Shown: positions 40,982 to 50,375 of the stretch, one piece after another
How the letters are laid out: the number at the start of each line of letters is the position of its first letter
Position numbering within the stretch: the stretch's first letter is position 1
Origin: Clostridia bacterium
Lineage (GTDB): Bacteria; Bacillota; Clostridia; TANB77; CAG-508
Assembly (NCBI GenBank): GCA_045643205.1
Contig: JAZUKI010000003.1
Location: 160,001 to 224,000, forward strand
Length of the DNA: 64,000 nucleotides
Direction: 5' to 3'
Program-made: the position numbers and the translations under genes
Notes under the pieces: model-generated
Seen by the model: only the letters and a program-made list of their open reading frames with translations
Told to the model about the DNA's origin: nothing
Database searches by the model: none

Positions 40982-41047
40982 AAATTTAAATATTGATAAA
41001 AGACAAATAGAATATAGCAAATCAAAAGTAAATAAAAATAGAAATTT

Positions 41048-41076
41048 AAAAGCGTGGATTAGCTCCACGCTTTTTT
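41048..41076. terminator. Bidirectional intrinsic terminator
   Basis: aaaaGCGTGGA-ttagc-TCCACGCtttttt. Confidence 0.8.
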
Positions 41077-41085
41077 GTATGATTG

Positions 41086-41838
41086 TTATTCAATCAATGA
41101 ATTTTCTCCAGTCTTATAATCTATTTTTACTCTAGGTTGCACATTGTAGCAGTATACATTAAAACAAATTGCCTTACCATTATCTTCAACAGACTTAGCC
41201 TCAATCTGCACCCCAGATGCTATGGGATTGTTTCCCTCATAATGAGGAGTAACACGATATAGCACATGATTATTACTTGATCTAACATAGTTGGCAACTT
41301 TGTTTTCAAAAGGCAACATTCCCTCTGTATTTAAGTAGCGAGTGCCAGTAATTAAATTTTTCTCATTTGCATTTTCACCAGTCAACTGATATCCAATTAA
41401 ATGACAACGATTAAACAAATACTTTCCATCAATAAAATCATACTTTGAAATTCTCCAACCAGAAGGCTTAATCATACCAATAGATTCACGTTCAGCAGTC
41501 GGCATTAAGTTCTTGCCAATATTAGCAAAAGCAACGCCACATCTTCCAAGAGAATCAAGTTCACTATATTTTTCAAAAGATTCAGTAGTCATCATCGAAG
41601 AATCAAAATTTGGAACATTATTATTTAATATAACATAAGGTTTATCAGTATATGCTGGTATTAATTTTAAATCAAGAGTTGTTGCATAGTTAACTTTAGT
41701 AGCTTCATCGAAAGCATTATCTGCTTCAGAAGTCATGGAAGATGGGAAAAATTTCAAACAAATAAACATTACTAAGATTGCAATAACACATTCAAAAAAT
41801 TGAGTTATTAAACTTCGTGTTGTACGCTTTCTAGCCAT
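41086..41838 (-). CDS. Membrane-anchored DNA/RNA non-specific endonuclease (EndA/DNA-entry type)
   Basis: LDSLGRC, PSGW, NRCHLIG, NLITGT..LN..GM..FE, YRVTP. Confidence 0.9.
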   Translation of the reverse strand: MARKRTTRSLITQFFECVIAILVMFICLKFFPSSMTSEADNAFDEATKVNYATTLDLKLIPAYTDKPYVILNNNVPNFDSSMMTTESFEKYSELDSLGRCGVAFANIGKNLMPTAERESIGMIKPSGWRISKYDFIDGKYLFNRCHLIGYQLTGENANEKNLITGTRYLNTEGMLPFENKVANYVRSSNNHVLYRVTPHYEGNNPIASGVQIEAKSVEDNGKAICFNVYCYNVQPRVKIDYKTGENSLIE

Positions 41839-42006
41839 AAAATCTCCTTTGTAAAATTAAAAATCAAAGGAATTATACAAAACGAATAATTAAAATTCAA
41901 CTAAAAACAAAATGTAGTAAAATTGTAGTGATTTTGTAGAAATGTATTGACATGAAAAAATAAGGGTGTTATTATGTTTTTGAAATAAAATTCGGAGGTA
42001 ATAAAA

Positions 42007-42333
42007 ATGGTAGATTTAAATGAATTACAAAAGCAAGTTTATCAAAACAAAGTAAACAAAGGATTTAATGTTACTGATTTAAAAGAAGAATTTTTATACT
42101 TATATGGAGAAGTTGGCGAAGCTTATGAAGCATGGTTAAAAGGTAAAGAAGACGTAGGAGAAGAACTAGCAGACGTAGCAATCTTCACACTAGGAATTTC
42201 AGAAATTTTAGGAATAGATTTAGAAAAAGAAATAATACACAAAATATATAAAAATGAAAAAAGAGAGTACAAAATAGTAAATGGAATTGGAATGAGAACA
42301 AAAGAATTTGAAGAAGAGGAAGAAAATAATTAG
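42007..42333 (+). CDS. MazG-like nucleotide pyrophosphohydrolase
   Basis: L.GEVGE and EELADV motifs. Confidence 0.85.
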   Translation: MVDLNELQKQVYQNKVNKGFNVTDLKEEFLYLYGEVGEAYEAWLKGKEDVGEELADVAIFTLGISEILGIDLEKEIIHKIYKNEKREYKIVNGIGMRTKEFEEEEENN

Positions 42334-42456
42334 TAAGAAAATAAAAAATGGGGCAGGAGATGTGAAAAAAATGAGATTCGCTTCTCTTGCTTTTTTGTTG
42401 AAAAATAGGATTGGCTGGCATATAATTATAAGCAATATTAAATAGGGTGAATCATT

Positions 42457-42675
42457 ATGAGAATAATTGAAGTTAATTGTAAAAACTGTGGTCAACCAAT
42501 ACAATTTAAAAATGGAGAAAAATTTTCAACATGTAAATATTGTCGTTCAAATTGGGCAATAGATGAATCAGATGAAATACACTCAGTTACAATAGACAAT
42601 GCTGAAGATGCTGGATATAAATTTGAAAAAGGAAGAATGAAAGCTCAAGAAGAGGCAGAAAAGGAAGCAAAATAA
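42457..42675 (+). CDS. Small zinc-ribbon protein, possibly truncated
   Basis: CKNC...CKYC; AGY.FEKGR. Confidence 0.55.
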   Translation: MRIIEVNCKNCGQPIQFKNGEKFSTCKYCRSNWAIDESDEIHSVTIDNAEDAGYKFEKGRMKAQEEAEKEAK

Positions 42676-42861
42676 ATTAAAGTAGTTGCTAATAGAATCA
42701 TTTTTTATATGAAATCAATCATAAAAAAAGAAACCCTTTCGGGAGAAGAAAGCGGTTAGCTTTTCTTTTTAAATATTGTCACTTTGTTAAATACTCAGCA
42801 ACAAAATGAAAACAAAAGAATTTGAAGATTAAAAGCTAAAACAATCAAAATTAAGAATTAA

Positions 42862-45303
42862 GTGAGGAATACAATGGATAATGATTCTGAATTAAAAGAA
42901 GATGAGATTGAATTTGATAAAAAAATTTCACGTTATACATTTAGTGAAGATAAAGATTTTAGAATTTATAAACAATTAAGAGTTGAAGCAGGAGACAATC
43001 CTAGATTAATAGAAATACTTTGGAAAAAAATTATTTTAAAATATTATTGTTCTCCTAGTTTTGTAATTGAAAATAGAGATGACGTTACTTTATTTAAAGA
43101 ATTTTCTGAATTAATTAATGATGTTAGTAAAGATGGCTTTATGTATGGATTAAGTAGCAAAATACCATTAGAGGAACTTTTTGAAAAAATATCAGACATA
43201 CCTGAAACAGCTGTAACAATATTTTCCTTGATTTCTCCCAATACTACTATTGTTGAAAAATACAAAGAGTTTCAAGATAAATATATAGATAAATTATTTG
43301 AATTAGCTAAAGATACAAAAAACTCTAAAGAAAATTTGTGTAGAATGTGGAAATCAATATGTAGTGATGAATTAAAATTAGACAAGTTAAATGAAGTTTT
43401 AGCATATACAGGTATAGCAAACAGTCCTGAGACAATGAGTAAAATACAACAAACAATACAGGTTAACAAAGATTTCTTATATATGATAACTCCTAAATTT
43501 TTAGATGCAAATTATATTAATAGCTTTTCTGTTGAACAATTAATATATATAGTTTCATTTCCTGAGTTCCAAAAAGACTTGGTAAAATTAGATAGTAATG
43601 AACTAGGAAATATGATGAAGTTAGTAAATGAAATATATCCCGAAAATGAAGAATGGAAGGAACCATTAAATAAAATATTACAAAATGTTAAAGATAAAAA
43701 GTTTGGAGATTTATTAAAAGGCAATGAATTAAGTTATGATAATGAATTAGTTAGTGTTTTATCAAATAAGAATTATTTTGAAATTTACAGAAAAGAAGAT
43801 TTAGATAGTATAGATAACAAAAAGAAAGAGGCAACTTTATTAATAAAAAATGGAAATCAAAAACTTCTTTTAGAAAAATACCCGGAAATTGCTAGATTAG
43901 AATTAATAGAACAAATGAAATTAATGGCTTGTGAAAATATTCTTGGATTATCATTAGATGAGGCTAAAAACCTAGTATTAAAATATGGAGAAGATATAGA
44001 TAATATTGGAAATGAATATAGCGAATTATTTTTAAAAAATTATGTTAATGCATTGAAAGCAATTATAAATGAAGATAAAAGTGAAAAATTAGCTAAATTA
44101 CTTGATTATGGAATTACACCAAAAGAAAAAATTAAAGATTCATATACGATTGAAAGCATGCTAAAATTTACATATGGGAAAAAATATGATGTGGCAAATG
44201 TAGATTTTAATTCCTTAAGGTCATGTAAAGTTAAAGGCTTAGAAGGAATTGAAGTACTTGATGCAGGAGTGGATTTTTCTATGATTATTTCTAGTGTTGG
44301 AGCATACAGAGTAAATGAAGATGAAAACTATTATGATAGTTGGAATAGGCCTTCTTTAAGTTCTGATATTATTAGTACATCATTTATTAGAAATGATATG
44401 ATGGGAAGAGCAAATTGCCCAAGACTATATTTTGGATTTAATAATATGAGTGCAAGTGCACTTGATTTATCTGGAAGTGCAGATTTGTTTTCAAAATCAG
44501 ATAGTATTCAATCTAAGGCGGTGAGGGCATTAGCATTCTATACTCCTGATACTCAAATTGGTCAAACAGGTAGAAAAAAGTATTCTAATGGTCAAATTAT
44601 CAGTGCTTATAACGAAATGGACTATAAGAGAATTCAAGATGGAGAGAGAAAGCAACCTGATTATATTGTTGTTTTTGGAAGCTATGGTAATATTGATGAG
44701 AATCAAAGTGGACAAATGCTTATGGATGGTAATAAATTACCTGATGTATCTGTTTCTAAAAAAGAAAGAGCTCAAAATATAAAAAAAGCAATATCTGATT
44801 TTGAAAGAGCAACAGGAAAAAAATTACCTGTTGTGTTCGTAGATTTAGGCAAAGTATATAGAAATGAAGAAAAGATAATAGGTCAATTAAGAGAAGAGTA
44901 TAAAATTAATCCAAGTGAAGAAAACAAAAGAAAATTAATAAAAAGAATTAAAAATTTTAATTCTTATAAGCATTATAAATTACCAATTGAATTTTCAGAA
45001 GAAGAAATTGGGAAATTTGATAAAATTGAAGATAATGTTTCTGACTTTGAATTGACTGATAAAACAATAGAAGATATTAAATTGTTTGATTTCGAAGAAT
45101 TCAGACAAGAAAAGAATAATTATAGGATTAAAAGACTAGAAAAAATAAATTCTCAAGAAAATATTTCTAACAAAAAAATTAGCCTTAGAAAACTTATTCC
45201 TATTGCATCATCAAGAGATAATGCATATAGAATAGGTAATAATCCATTTAAAGCAATTAGAGATTTTATAAAGCAAAGAAACTCAAATGATAAGGAAAGA
45301 TGA
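42862..45303 (+). CDS. Large hypothetical protein with possible C-terminal enzymatic (ART-like) domain
   Basis: 813 aa; helical N-terminal part; ISTSFI, YNE, QPDYIVVF motifs; ends DKER. Confidence 0.65.
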   Translation: MRNTMDNDSELKEDEIEFDKKISRYTFSEDKDFRIYKQLRVEAGDNPRLIEILWKKIILKYYCSPSFVIENRDDVTLFKEFSELINDVSKDGFMYGLSSKIPLEELFEKISDIPETAVTIFSLISPNTTIVEKYKEFQDKYIDKLFELAKDTKNSKENLCRMWKSICSDELKLDKLNEVLAYTGIANSPETMSKIQQTIQVNKDFLYMITPKFLDANYINSFSVEQLIYIVSFPEFQKDLVKLDSNELGNMMKLVNEIYPENEEWKEPLNKILQNVKDKKFGDLLKGNELSYDNELVSVLSNKNYFEIYRKEDLDSIDNKKKEATLLIKNGNQKLLLEKYPEIARLELIEQMKLMACENILGLSLDEAKNLVLKYGEDIDNIGNEYSELFLKNYVNALKAIINEDKSEKLAKLLDYGITPKEKIKDSYTIESMLKFTYGKKYDVANVDFNSLRSCKVKGLEGIEVLDAGVDFSMIISSVGAYRVNEDENYYDSWNRPSLSSDIISTSFIRNDMMGRANCPRLYFGFNNMSASALDLSGSADLFSKSDSIQSKAVRALAFYTPDTQIGQTGRKKYSNGQIISAYNEMDYKRIQDGERKQPDYIVVFGSYGNIDENQSGQMLMDGNKLPDVSVSKKERAQNIKKAISDFERATGKKLPVVFVDLGKVYRNEEKIIGQLREEYKINPSEENKRKLIKRIKNFNSYKHYKLPIEFSEEEIGKFDKIEDNVSDFELTDKTIEDIKLFDFEEFRQEKNNYRIKRLEKINSQENISNKKISLRKLIPIASSRDNAYRIGNNPFKAIRDFIKQRNSNDKER

Positions 45304-45767
45304 TAGAAATTATGACATTAAGTAATTATTATAGAAGGGCTATTACAGAAGTACTAGAAATTTTAAAAAATGTTGAAATTGATGAATATAATAAAATACC
45401 TCAAAAAATTATTACCTTTTTAGAAGAACAGAAAGATCCAAATTATATCTTTACTATAAAGCCGAATCAGAATTTTGAAGATCTTAAAATAATGGATGAA
45501 ACTAAAGGCTTTTTAAGTTTAATTTATTATAGCTACTTATGTAATTCCGATGAGGAAAGAAAGTTATATTTACTAACTTTAAACCATAATGAAAAGAAAT
45601 TCCAAGATGAATTAAGAAAACAATATGATTATAATAAGCTTTTTAAGGATAAAACCGAAAAAAAAGAGAATTTAATAGTTGATAATACTACACAATTGGT
45701 TAAAGATAAAGAAAATTTTTTTATAAAATTTATAAATTATATAAAAAAAATATTTAAAAGACACTAA
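45300..45767 (+). CDS. Hypothetical protein
   Basis: A.TEVLEIL...KIP motif; ATGA overlap with upstream gene; downstream terminator. Confidence 0.7.
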   Translation: MIEIMTLSNYYRRAITEVLEILKNVEIDEYNKIPQKIITFLEEQKDPNYIFTIKPNQNFEDLKIMDETKGFLSLIYYSYLCNSDEERKLYLLTLNHNEKKFQDELRKQYDYNKLFKDKTEKKENLIVDNTTQLVKDKENFFIKFINYIKKIFKRH

Positions 45768-45930
45768 GATATTTTAGTAATAAATGTAAATTAAAGTAAA
45801 GGGTAAGTAATATTTAATTTACTCACCCTTTTACTGACTAACAATAGCGTTCTTTTTTTCTAAAGGTTTGTAAAAATCGATTAATTGACATATAATTACA
45901 GCCAAATAGAGTGATAGTGAAAGGAGCCAT

Positions 45931-46836
45931 ATGGAAAAGTCTAAAGTATATTTTACAAAAATAATTAGCGATGATGCAATTGTAAGAATTTATGATGAGA
46001 TGATGAAAAATGAAAATATCCAATTAGAGGGAAATGTAGCAGTAAAGTTACACTCTGGAGAAAAAGGAAATCAAAATTATATTCATCCTGAGATGGTAAA
46101 GAAAATAGTTGAACATGTTAATGGTACAGTTGTTGAATGTAACACAGCATACGATGGAGCTAGAAATTCAACTAAAAAGCACAAAGAATTATTAGATGAA
46201 CATGGATGGACAAAATATTTTACGGTAGATTTGATGGATGAGAATCCAGAAGAGGATATTGAATTAGAAATACCAAATGGAAAAGTTATAAAAAAAGATA
46301 TAGTTGGAGCTCATTTATTAAATTATGATTCAATGCTTGTATTATCACATTTTAAAGGACATCCAATGGGTGGTTATGGTGGAGCATTAAAGCAATTATC
46401 AATTGGTTGTGCATCAACTGCTGGAAAAGCATATATACATTCAGCAGGGGTAACAGAAGATCAATTTGAAGTATGGAGTAATCTACCTGAGCAAGATTTG
46501 TTTCTAGAATCAATGGCTGACTCTGCATCATGTGTTACTAAACTTTTCAGAGAAAGAAAAGGAATAGTATTTATAAATATTATGATTAACATGAGTGTTG
46601 ATTGTGATTGTTGTGAAAATGCTGAAGATCCATGTATAAGAGATATTGGAATAATGGCATCAACTGATCCAGTGGCAATAGATCAAGCATGTATAGATAT
46701 GATAGAGAATTCAGATGATCTAGGCAAAGAGCATTTTATGGAGAGAGTAAATTCATTAAATGGTAAACATACTATAGATACAGCATATGAATTAGGCACT
46801 GGAAATAAAGAATACGAGTTAATTAAGATAGAATAA
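45931..46836 (+). CDS. DUF362 Fe-S protein
   Basis: VAVKLHSGE, SHFKGH..GG.GGALK, DCDC, STDPVAIDQA. Confidence 0.88.
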   Translation: MEKSKVYFTKIISDDAIVRIYDEMMKNENIQLEGNVAVKLHSGEKGNQNYIHPEMVKKIVEHVNGTVVECNTAYDGARNSTKKHKELLDEHGWTKYFTVDLMDENPEEDIELEIPNGKVIKKDIVGAHLLNYDSMLVLSHFKGHPMGGYGGALKQLSIGCASTAGKAYIHSAGVTEDQFEVWSNLPEQDLFLESMADSASCVTKLFRERKGIVFINIMINMSVDCDCCENAEDPCIRDIGIMASTDPVAIDQACIDMIENSDDLGKEHFMERVNSLNGKHTIDTAYELGTGNKEYELIKIE

Positions 46837-46873
46837 ACAAACATATTATTTAATTAATAGTTAGGAGTTTGCA

Positions 46874-47152
46874 ATGAGTACATTTGAATCTTTTATTTGG
46901 TGTATAATTATTATAGGATTTATGGCAAAATGGAATAAAGGAAATGATGAATCGAAATATGGATCAAAAAGAAAAAAATATAAATCAAAGGATAATAAGT
47001 CAGAATATTCAGATGAAGAAATAGAAAAATATAAAAAAATTTACGGTTTAGATGATGAAGAAGTAAGAGAGATAAAAAACGGAAATCATGATCCGTGGGA
47101 CTTTGAAGAAACAGATGCAACAGAAGAAAGTGATTATTATAACAAGGATTAA
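46874..47152 (+). CDS. Small hypothetical membrane protein
   Basis: AGGAG RBS, N-terminal hydrophobic segment, DPWDFEE tail. Confidence 0.6.
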   Translation: MSTFESFIWCIIIIGFMAKWNKGNDESKYGSKRKKYKSKDNKSEYSDEEIEKYKKIYGLDDEEVREIKNGNHDPWDFEETDATEESDYYNKD

Positions 47153-47242
47153 AATTGAAAAAATTACATAAATATAATATAATTAATTTATTCAAATGGC
47201 ATACATCATAGGAAAAATATTAATTTAGAGAGGTATAAATTT

Positions 47243-48670
47243 ATGAGTGGTGTTTATGAAAATAGAAAGACAATTCGAGATTTAAACAATTTAATTAGAA
47301 TGTATAAGCCATTAAAAGATGTTGAATATTATTTTGTTTTAGGATATCCAAGATCTGATATAGGAAAAGGAACTTTAGTAGCTCAATTATTAGCAAATGT
47401 AAAAGATTCAGATGCAATAAAATATGATGGGCTATTAAATACAAATGAAAATGGAAGACATACAGCAGTAGGACATGATGATTTCGGAGTATACGAAAAA
47501 TTTAATGAAGGAAAAAGATGGGGAAGAGAACATTATTTATTAGGGGGAGAACTTTATAGAGATTTTATTAATAGTTATGGAGAAAATGAAAATCTTCAAA
47601 TAAATCCTCATATGTCTTTATATGTTGAATATGTGATACATAAAATGTGGAATGATATAGGAAAGCCTAAGAAATTATTTATAGAAGTAGGAGGACTAAT
47701 TTCAGATCCTGAAGTTGATCCTATAATTACTCCAATAATACAAAGATTAACTTCTGAAGGTTTAGCAAAAGTAATATTACTTACTGAATCATCATATAAT
47801 GGAGAATATATTAAATCTAAAATAGTCCAAGAAGGGGTAAATAAATTCTTAGAAAGAAGAATTGAGCCTTGGATAGTATTTGTAAGAGATGCAAAAGATA
47901 TGGGAGAAATATCTACATCTCAAAGAATAGAGAATGAAAGAATTATAATGAACAAAATTATTGAAAACTTTAATTTTAATTTAAAATTATTAGTTTCAAT
48001 TCCATACTTTGATGAATTAAAACAATATACAGAGTATATTAGAAAAAGATTTTGTCCAATTATTAATGAAGTTGATAAAAAGGAAATAGTTCTTGCAACT
48101 AAAAATGAATCAAAAATTGCGGATTATAAATTATATCTAGGTGATGAATATAATATTAAAACAACAAAAGATTATGATTACGATATAGATATAGTAGAAG
48201 GAACAACTTCAGCAGAAGAAAATGCAATTGCAAAAGCAAGAGCATGGTGTAAAGTTACTGGAAAAATAACAATTGGAGATGATACAGGATTCTTTATACA
48301 TGAACTAAATGGAGAGCCAGGAGTTGCAACAAGAAGATGGGGAGGACAACTTCCAGAAAATGCAACAAATGAAGATTTTTGGCAATTCTTAAAAATAAAG
48401 ACAAAGAATTTAAAAGATTATACTTGTCATTTTGAACAAAATATAGCAATTGCTTATCCAAGTGGAAATGTTGAATTGATAAAATCAATTAATCAAGGTA
48501 TTTTAAATAAAGAGAATCTAAAAAAAGAATATAATGGAACAGGTTATCCACTAGGAGCAGTTTTTGAATCTTTAAATAGAAATAAAAATTGGGATGAAAT
48601 GACGGATGAAGAGAAAAAAGAATTTGATAAAAATTTAATTAAAGAATTAAAAGAAAAATTATCAAAATAA
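47243..48670 (+). CDS. Fusion of a CTP-synthase amidoligase-like domain with a HAM1/ITPase-like domain
   Basis: SDIGKG, KYDGLLN, DFGVYEKF, QINPH, IEVGG..SD.E (PyrG-N); ATKN..K, ENA..KA, DDTG, NGEPGV (HAM1). Confidence 0.8.
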   Translation: MSGVYENRKTIRDLNNLIRMYKPLKDVEYYFVLGYPRSDIGKGTLVAQLLANVKDSDAIKYDGLLNTNENGRHTAVGHDDFGVYEKFNEGKRWGREHYLLGGELYRDFINSYGENENLQINPHMSLYVEYVIHKMWNDIGKPKKLFIEVGGLISDPEVDPIITPIIQRLTSEGLAKVILLTESSYNGEYIKSKIVQEGVNKFLERRIEPWIVFVRDAKDMGEISTSQRIENERIIMNKIIENFNFNLKLLVSIPYFDELKQYTEYIRKRFCPIINEVDKKEIVLATKNESKIADYKLYLGDEYNIKTTKDYDYDIDIVEGTTSAEENAIAKARAWCKVTGKITIGDDTGFFIHELNGEPGVATRRWGGQLPENATNEDFWQFLKIKTKNLKDYTCHFEQNIAIAYPSGNVELIKSINQGILNKENLKKEYNGTGYPLGAVFESLNRNKNWDEMTDEEKKEFDKNLIKELKEKLSK

Positions 48671-48805
48671 TATGTGAAATATATTAATTATATTAATTAT
48701 ATATTTACTCAAAATTTATGACTATATTTTTGAGTTAGGCTGATTGAAGTATTAATGAGAATAATATGTTATACATTTAATAATCACAACAAAGGAGGAA
48801 ATATC

Positions 48806-49351
48806 ATGTTACAATCATTTATTGTTACTGGAGCATCAGCTTCAGGAAAATCAACTTTAATTAATGAAGCTAGAAAAAATTATATTTATCTTCCAACTCA
48901 CATGACTCGTGATTTAAGAAAAAATGAAGTAAATGGGATTGATGCAATTTTCATTAATGAGGAACAATTTATTAAAAACTTTAATGAAGGTATGTATTTA
49001 GAAGATTCTTTGGATTTTGCATTTGTTCATAGTTTAAGAAACTACTATGGTTCACCATCTATGTGGATTGAAAAACTTAAAGAAGATGGATATTGTGCTT
49101 CACCAGTTTCTATTGTCATTGCAGAGAAGATTGTTAGTCTTTGTACTAATTTATGTTGGGTACATTTATATTGTCCTAATGAAATCCGGTATGAAAGATT
49201 AATTAACAGAGGTATTTCTCAAGAAGAAGCTAGTAGAAGAATGAATACTGGTGATTCAAGAAACATACCTCAAAAAGCAAATTTAGTTTTAGATACTTCA
49301 AAAAACAGCCCGGTAGAGATTCTTTCTAAGATTAATAATTATAAAAAGTAA
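48806..49351 (+). CDS. Guanylate kinase-like NMP kinase
   Basis: GASASGKS, TR..R.NE.NG.D..F, YYG, RL..RG; AGGAGG before ATG at 48806. Confidence 0.8.
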   Translation: MLQSFIVTGASASGKSTLINEARKNYIYLPTHMTRDLRKNEVNGIDAIFINEEQFIKNFNEGMYLEDSLDFAFVHSLRNYYGSPSMWIEKLKEDGYCASPVSIVIAEKIVSLCTNLCWVHLYCPNEIRYERLINRGISQEEASRRMNTGDSRNIPQKANLVLDTSKNSPVEILSKINNYKK

Positions 49352-49365
49352 TCTCAAACCAAAAC

Positions 49366-49397
49366 AAAAAAGACTTTCATTTTTGAAAGTCTTTTTT
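49366..49397. terminator. Bidirectional terminator for the kinase gene and tRNA
   Basis: aaaaaaGACTTTCA-tttt-TGAAAGTCtttttt. Confidence 0.8.
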
Positions 49398-49403
49398 GTT
49401 GTT

Positions 49404-49479
49404 TGGTTGCGGGGGTAAGACTCGAACTTACGACCTCAGGGTTATGAGCCCTGCGAGCTGCCAACTGCTCCACCCCGCG
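49404..49479 (-). tRNA. tRNA-fMet (CAT), initiator
   Basis: CGCGGGGTGGAGCAGTTGGCAGCTCGCAGGGCTCATAACCCTGAGGTCGTAAGTTCGAGTCTTACCCCCGCAACCA; C1:A72 mismatch, three G-C anticodon-stem pairs, encoded CCA. Confidence 0.97.
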
Positions 49480-49521
49480 ATATATAAATGATTAAGTCAA
49501 TCTCTTCAATCGACAAGCACT

Positions 49522-49550
49522 AGTATACACTCATTCGTTGTATTTGTCAA
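49522..49550 (-). promoter_or_regulatory. tRNA promoter
   Basis: TTGACA-17-TATACT on the minus strand. Confidence 0.75.
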
Positions 49551-49651
49551 CACTATTTACGCACTAAATACTATGAAAAGAGCCTGCTTTTGAAGTGAAC
49601 TTCATTTAGTTCATTTAAAGCAGACTCTTTCTTTGTTTATATCATCAACAA

Positions 49652-50257
49652 TTATTGTTGTGGTGGTACGTTTCCTGGATTTTGTGGTTGTTGTGGTTGT
49701 GGTGCTTGATATTGTTGGAATGTACCTTGTGGGTTAACTGGTTGTGCAGGTTGTTGATAGTTTTGTTGTGGTTGGTATGGTGGTTGATATGGTGCTTGAT
49801 ATTGTGGTTGGTAAGAAATACCCCATGATTTTCCAACATATCTTGCATTTCCCCATGCTAACATTGGATAGAATATAAGTGGTAATAAGATTAAACCAAC
49901 TGCAAAACCACCTGATTTTCCATATGATCTAGCCATGTAAATTCCTAAGATGATAAGAAATACAATTACACCGAAAGGAATTAAGTTTATAAACCACATA
50001 GCTTTTGGAATACCGCAAATTTCTAGTAAACAAATTTCATTGTGTACAGGTATAAGTCCATCTATACCTTCTTTTCCAGCCTTTTTTAAAATTGACCAAT
50101 AAGAAGCGTATAAAAGTACGATTGAAATTAATGCAAAAATCATTATAAAAATAATTAGTCCCCAAAATGCTGCTAATATATTTCCTACAAAAGCAGATGA
50201 ATATGATGGAAATGATGAGTATGTTGAGTATGTTGAATATAAAGTTAATAAATCCAT
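49652..50257 (-). CDS. DUF5684-like membrane protein with P/Q-rich tail
   Basis: W.I.KKAG..G...LIP..N and GKSGGFAVGLILL..IF...LA motifs. Confidence 0.8.
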   Translation of the reverse strand: MDLLTLYSTYSTYSSFPSYSSAFVGNILAAFWGLIIFIMIFALISIVLLYASYWSILKKAGKEGIDGLIPVHNEICLLEICGIPKAMWFINLIPFGVIVFLIILGIYMARSYGKSGGFAVGLILLPLIFYPMLAWGNARYVGKSWGISYQPQYQAPYQPPYQPQQNYQQPAQPVNPQGTFQQYQAPQPQQPQNPGNVPPQQ

Positions 50258-50375
50258 TTGATTTTCCTCCCTTATTAATAATGATATAATTATAAGATAT
50301 TTAGGCTAAAAATTCAATAATTAATTTGGGAATTAGTTTGAAATTTAAACAACTCTGTGTTATAAACACATTACC

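Noticed and set aside
47243-48670. Housekeeping pyrG or rdgB call
   Set aside because: No glutaminase domain and no SHR motif; both halves are too divergent for these symbols
31426-49479. One 18-kb element bounded by tRNA-Met repeats
   Set aside because: The fragment and the tRNA are in opposite orientation and differ in sequence, and the interval holds core-like genes (ole, oapA, znu)
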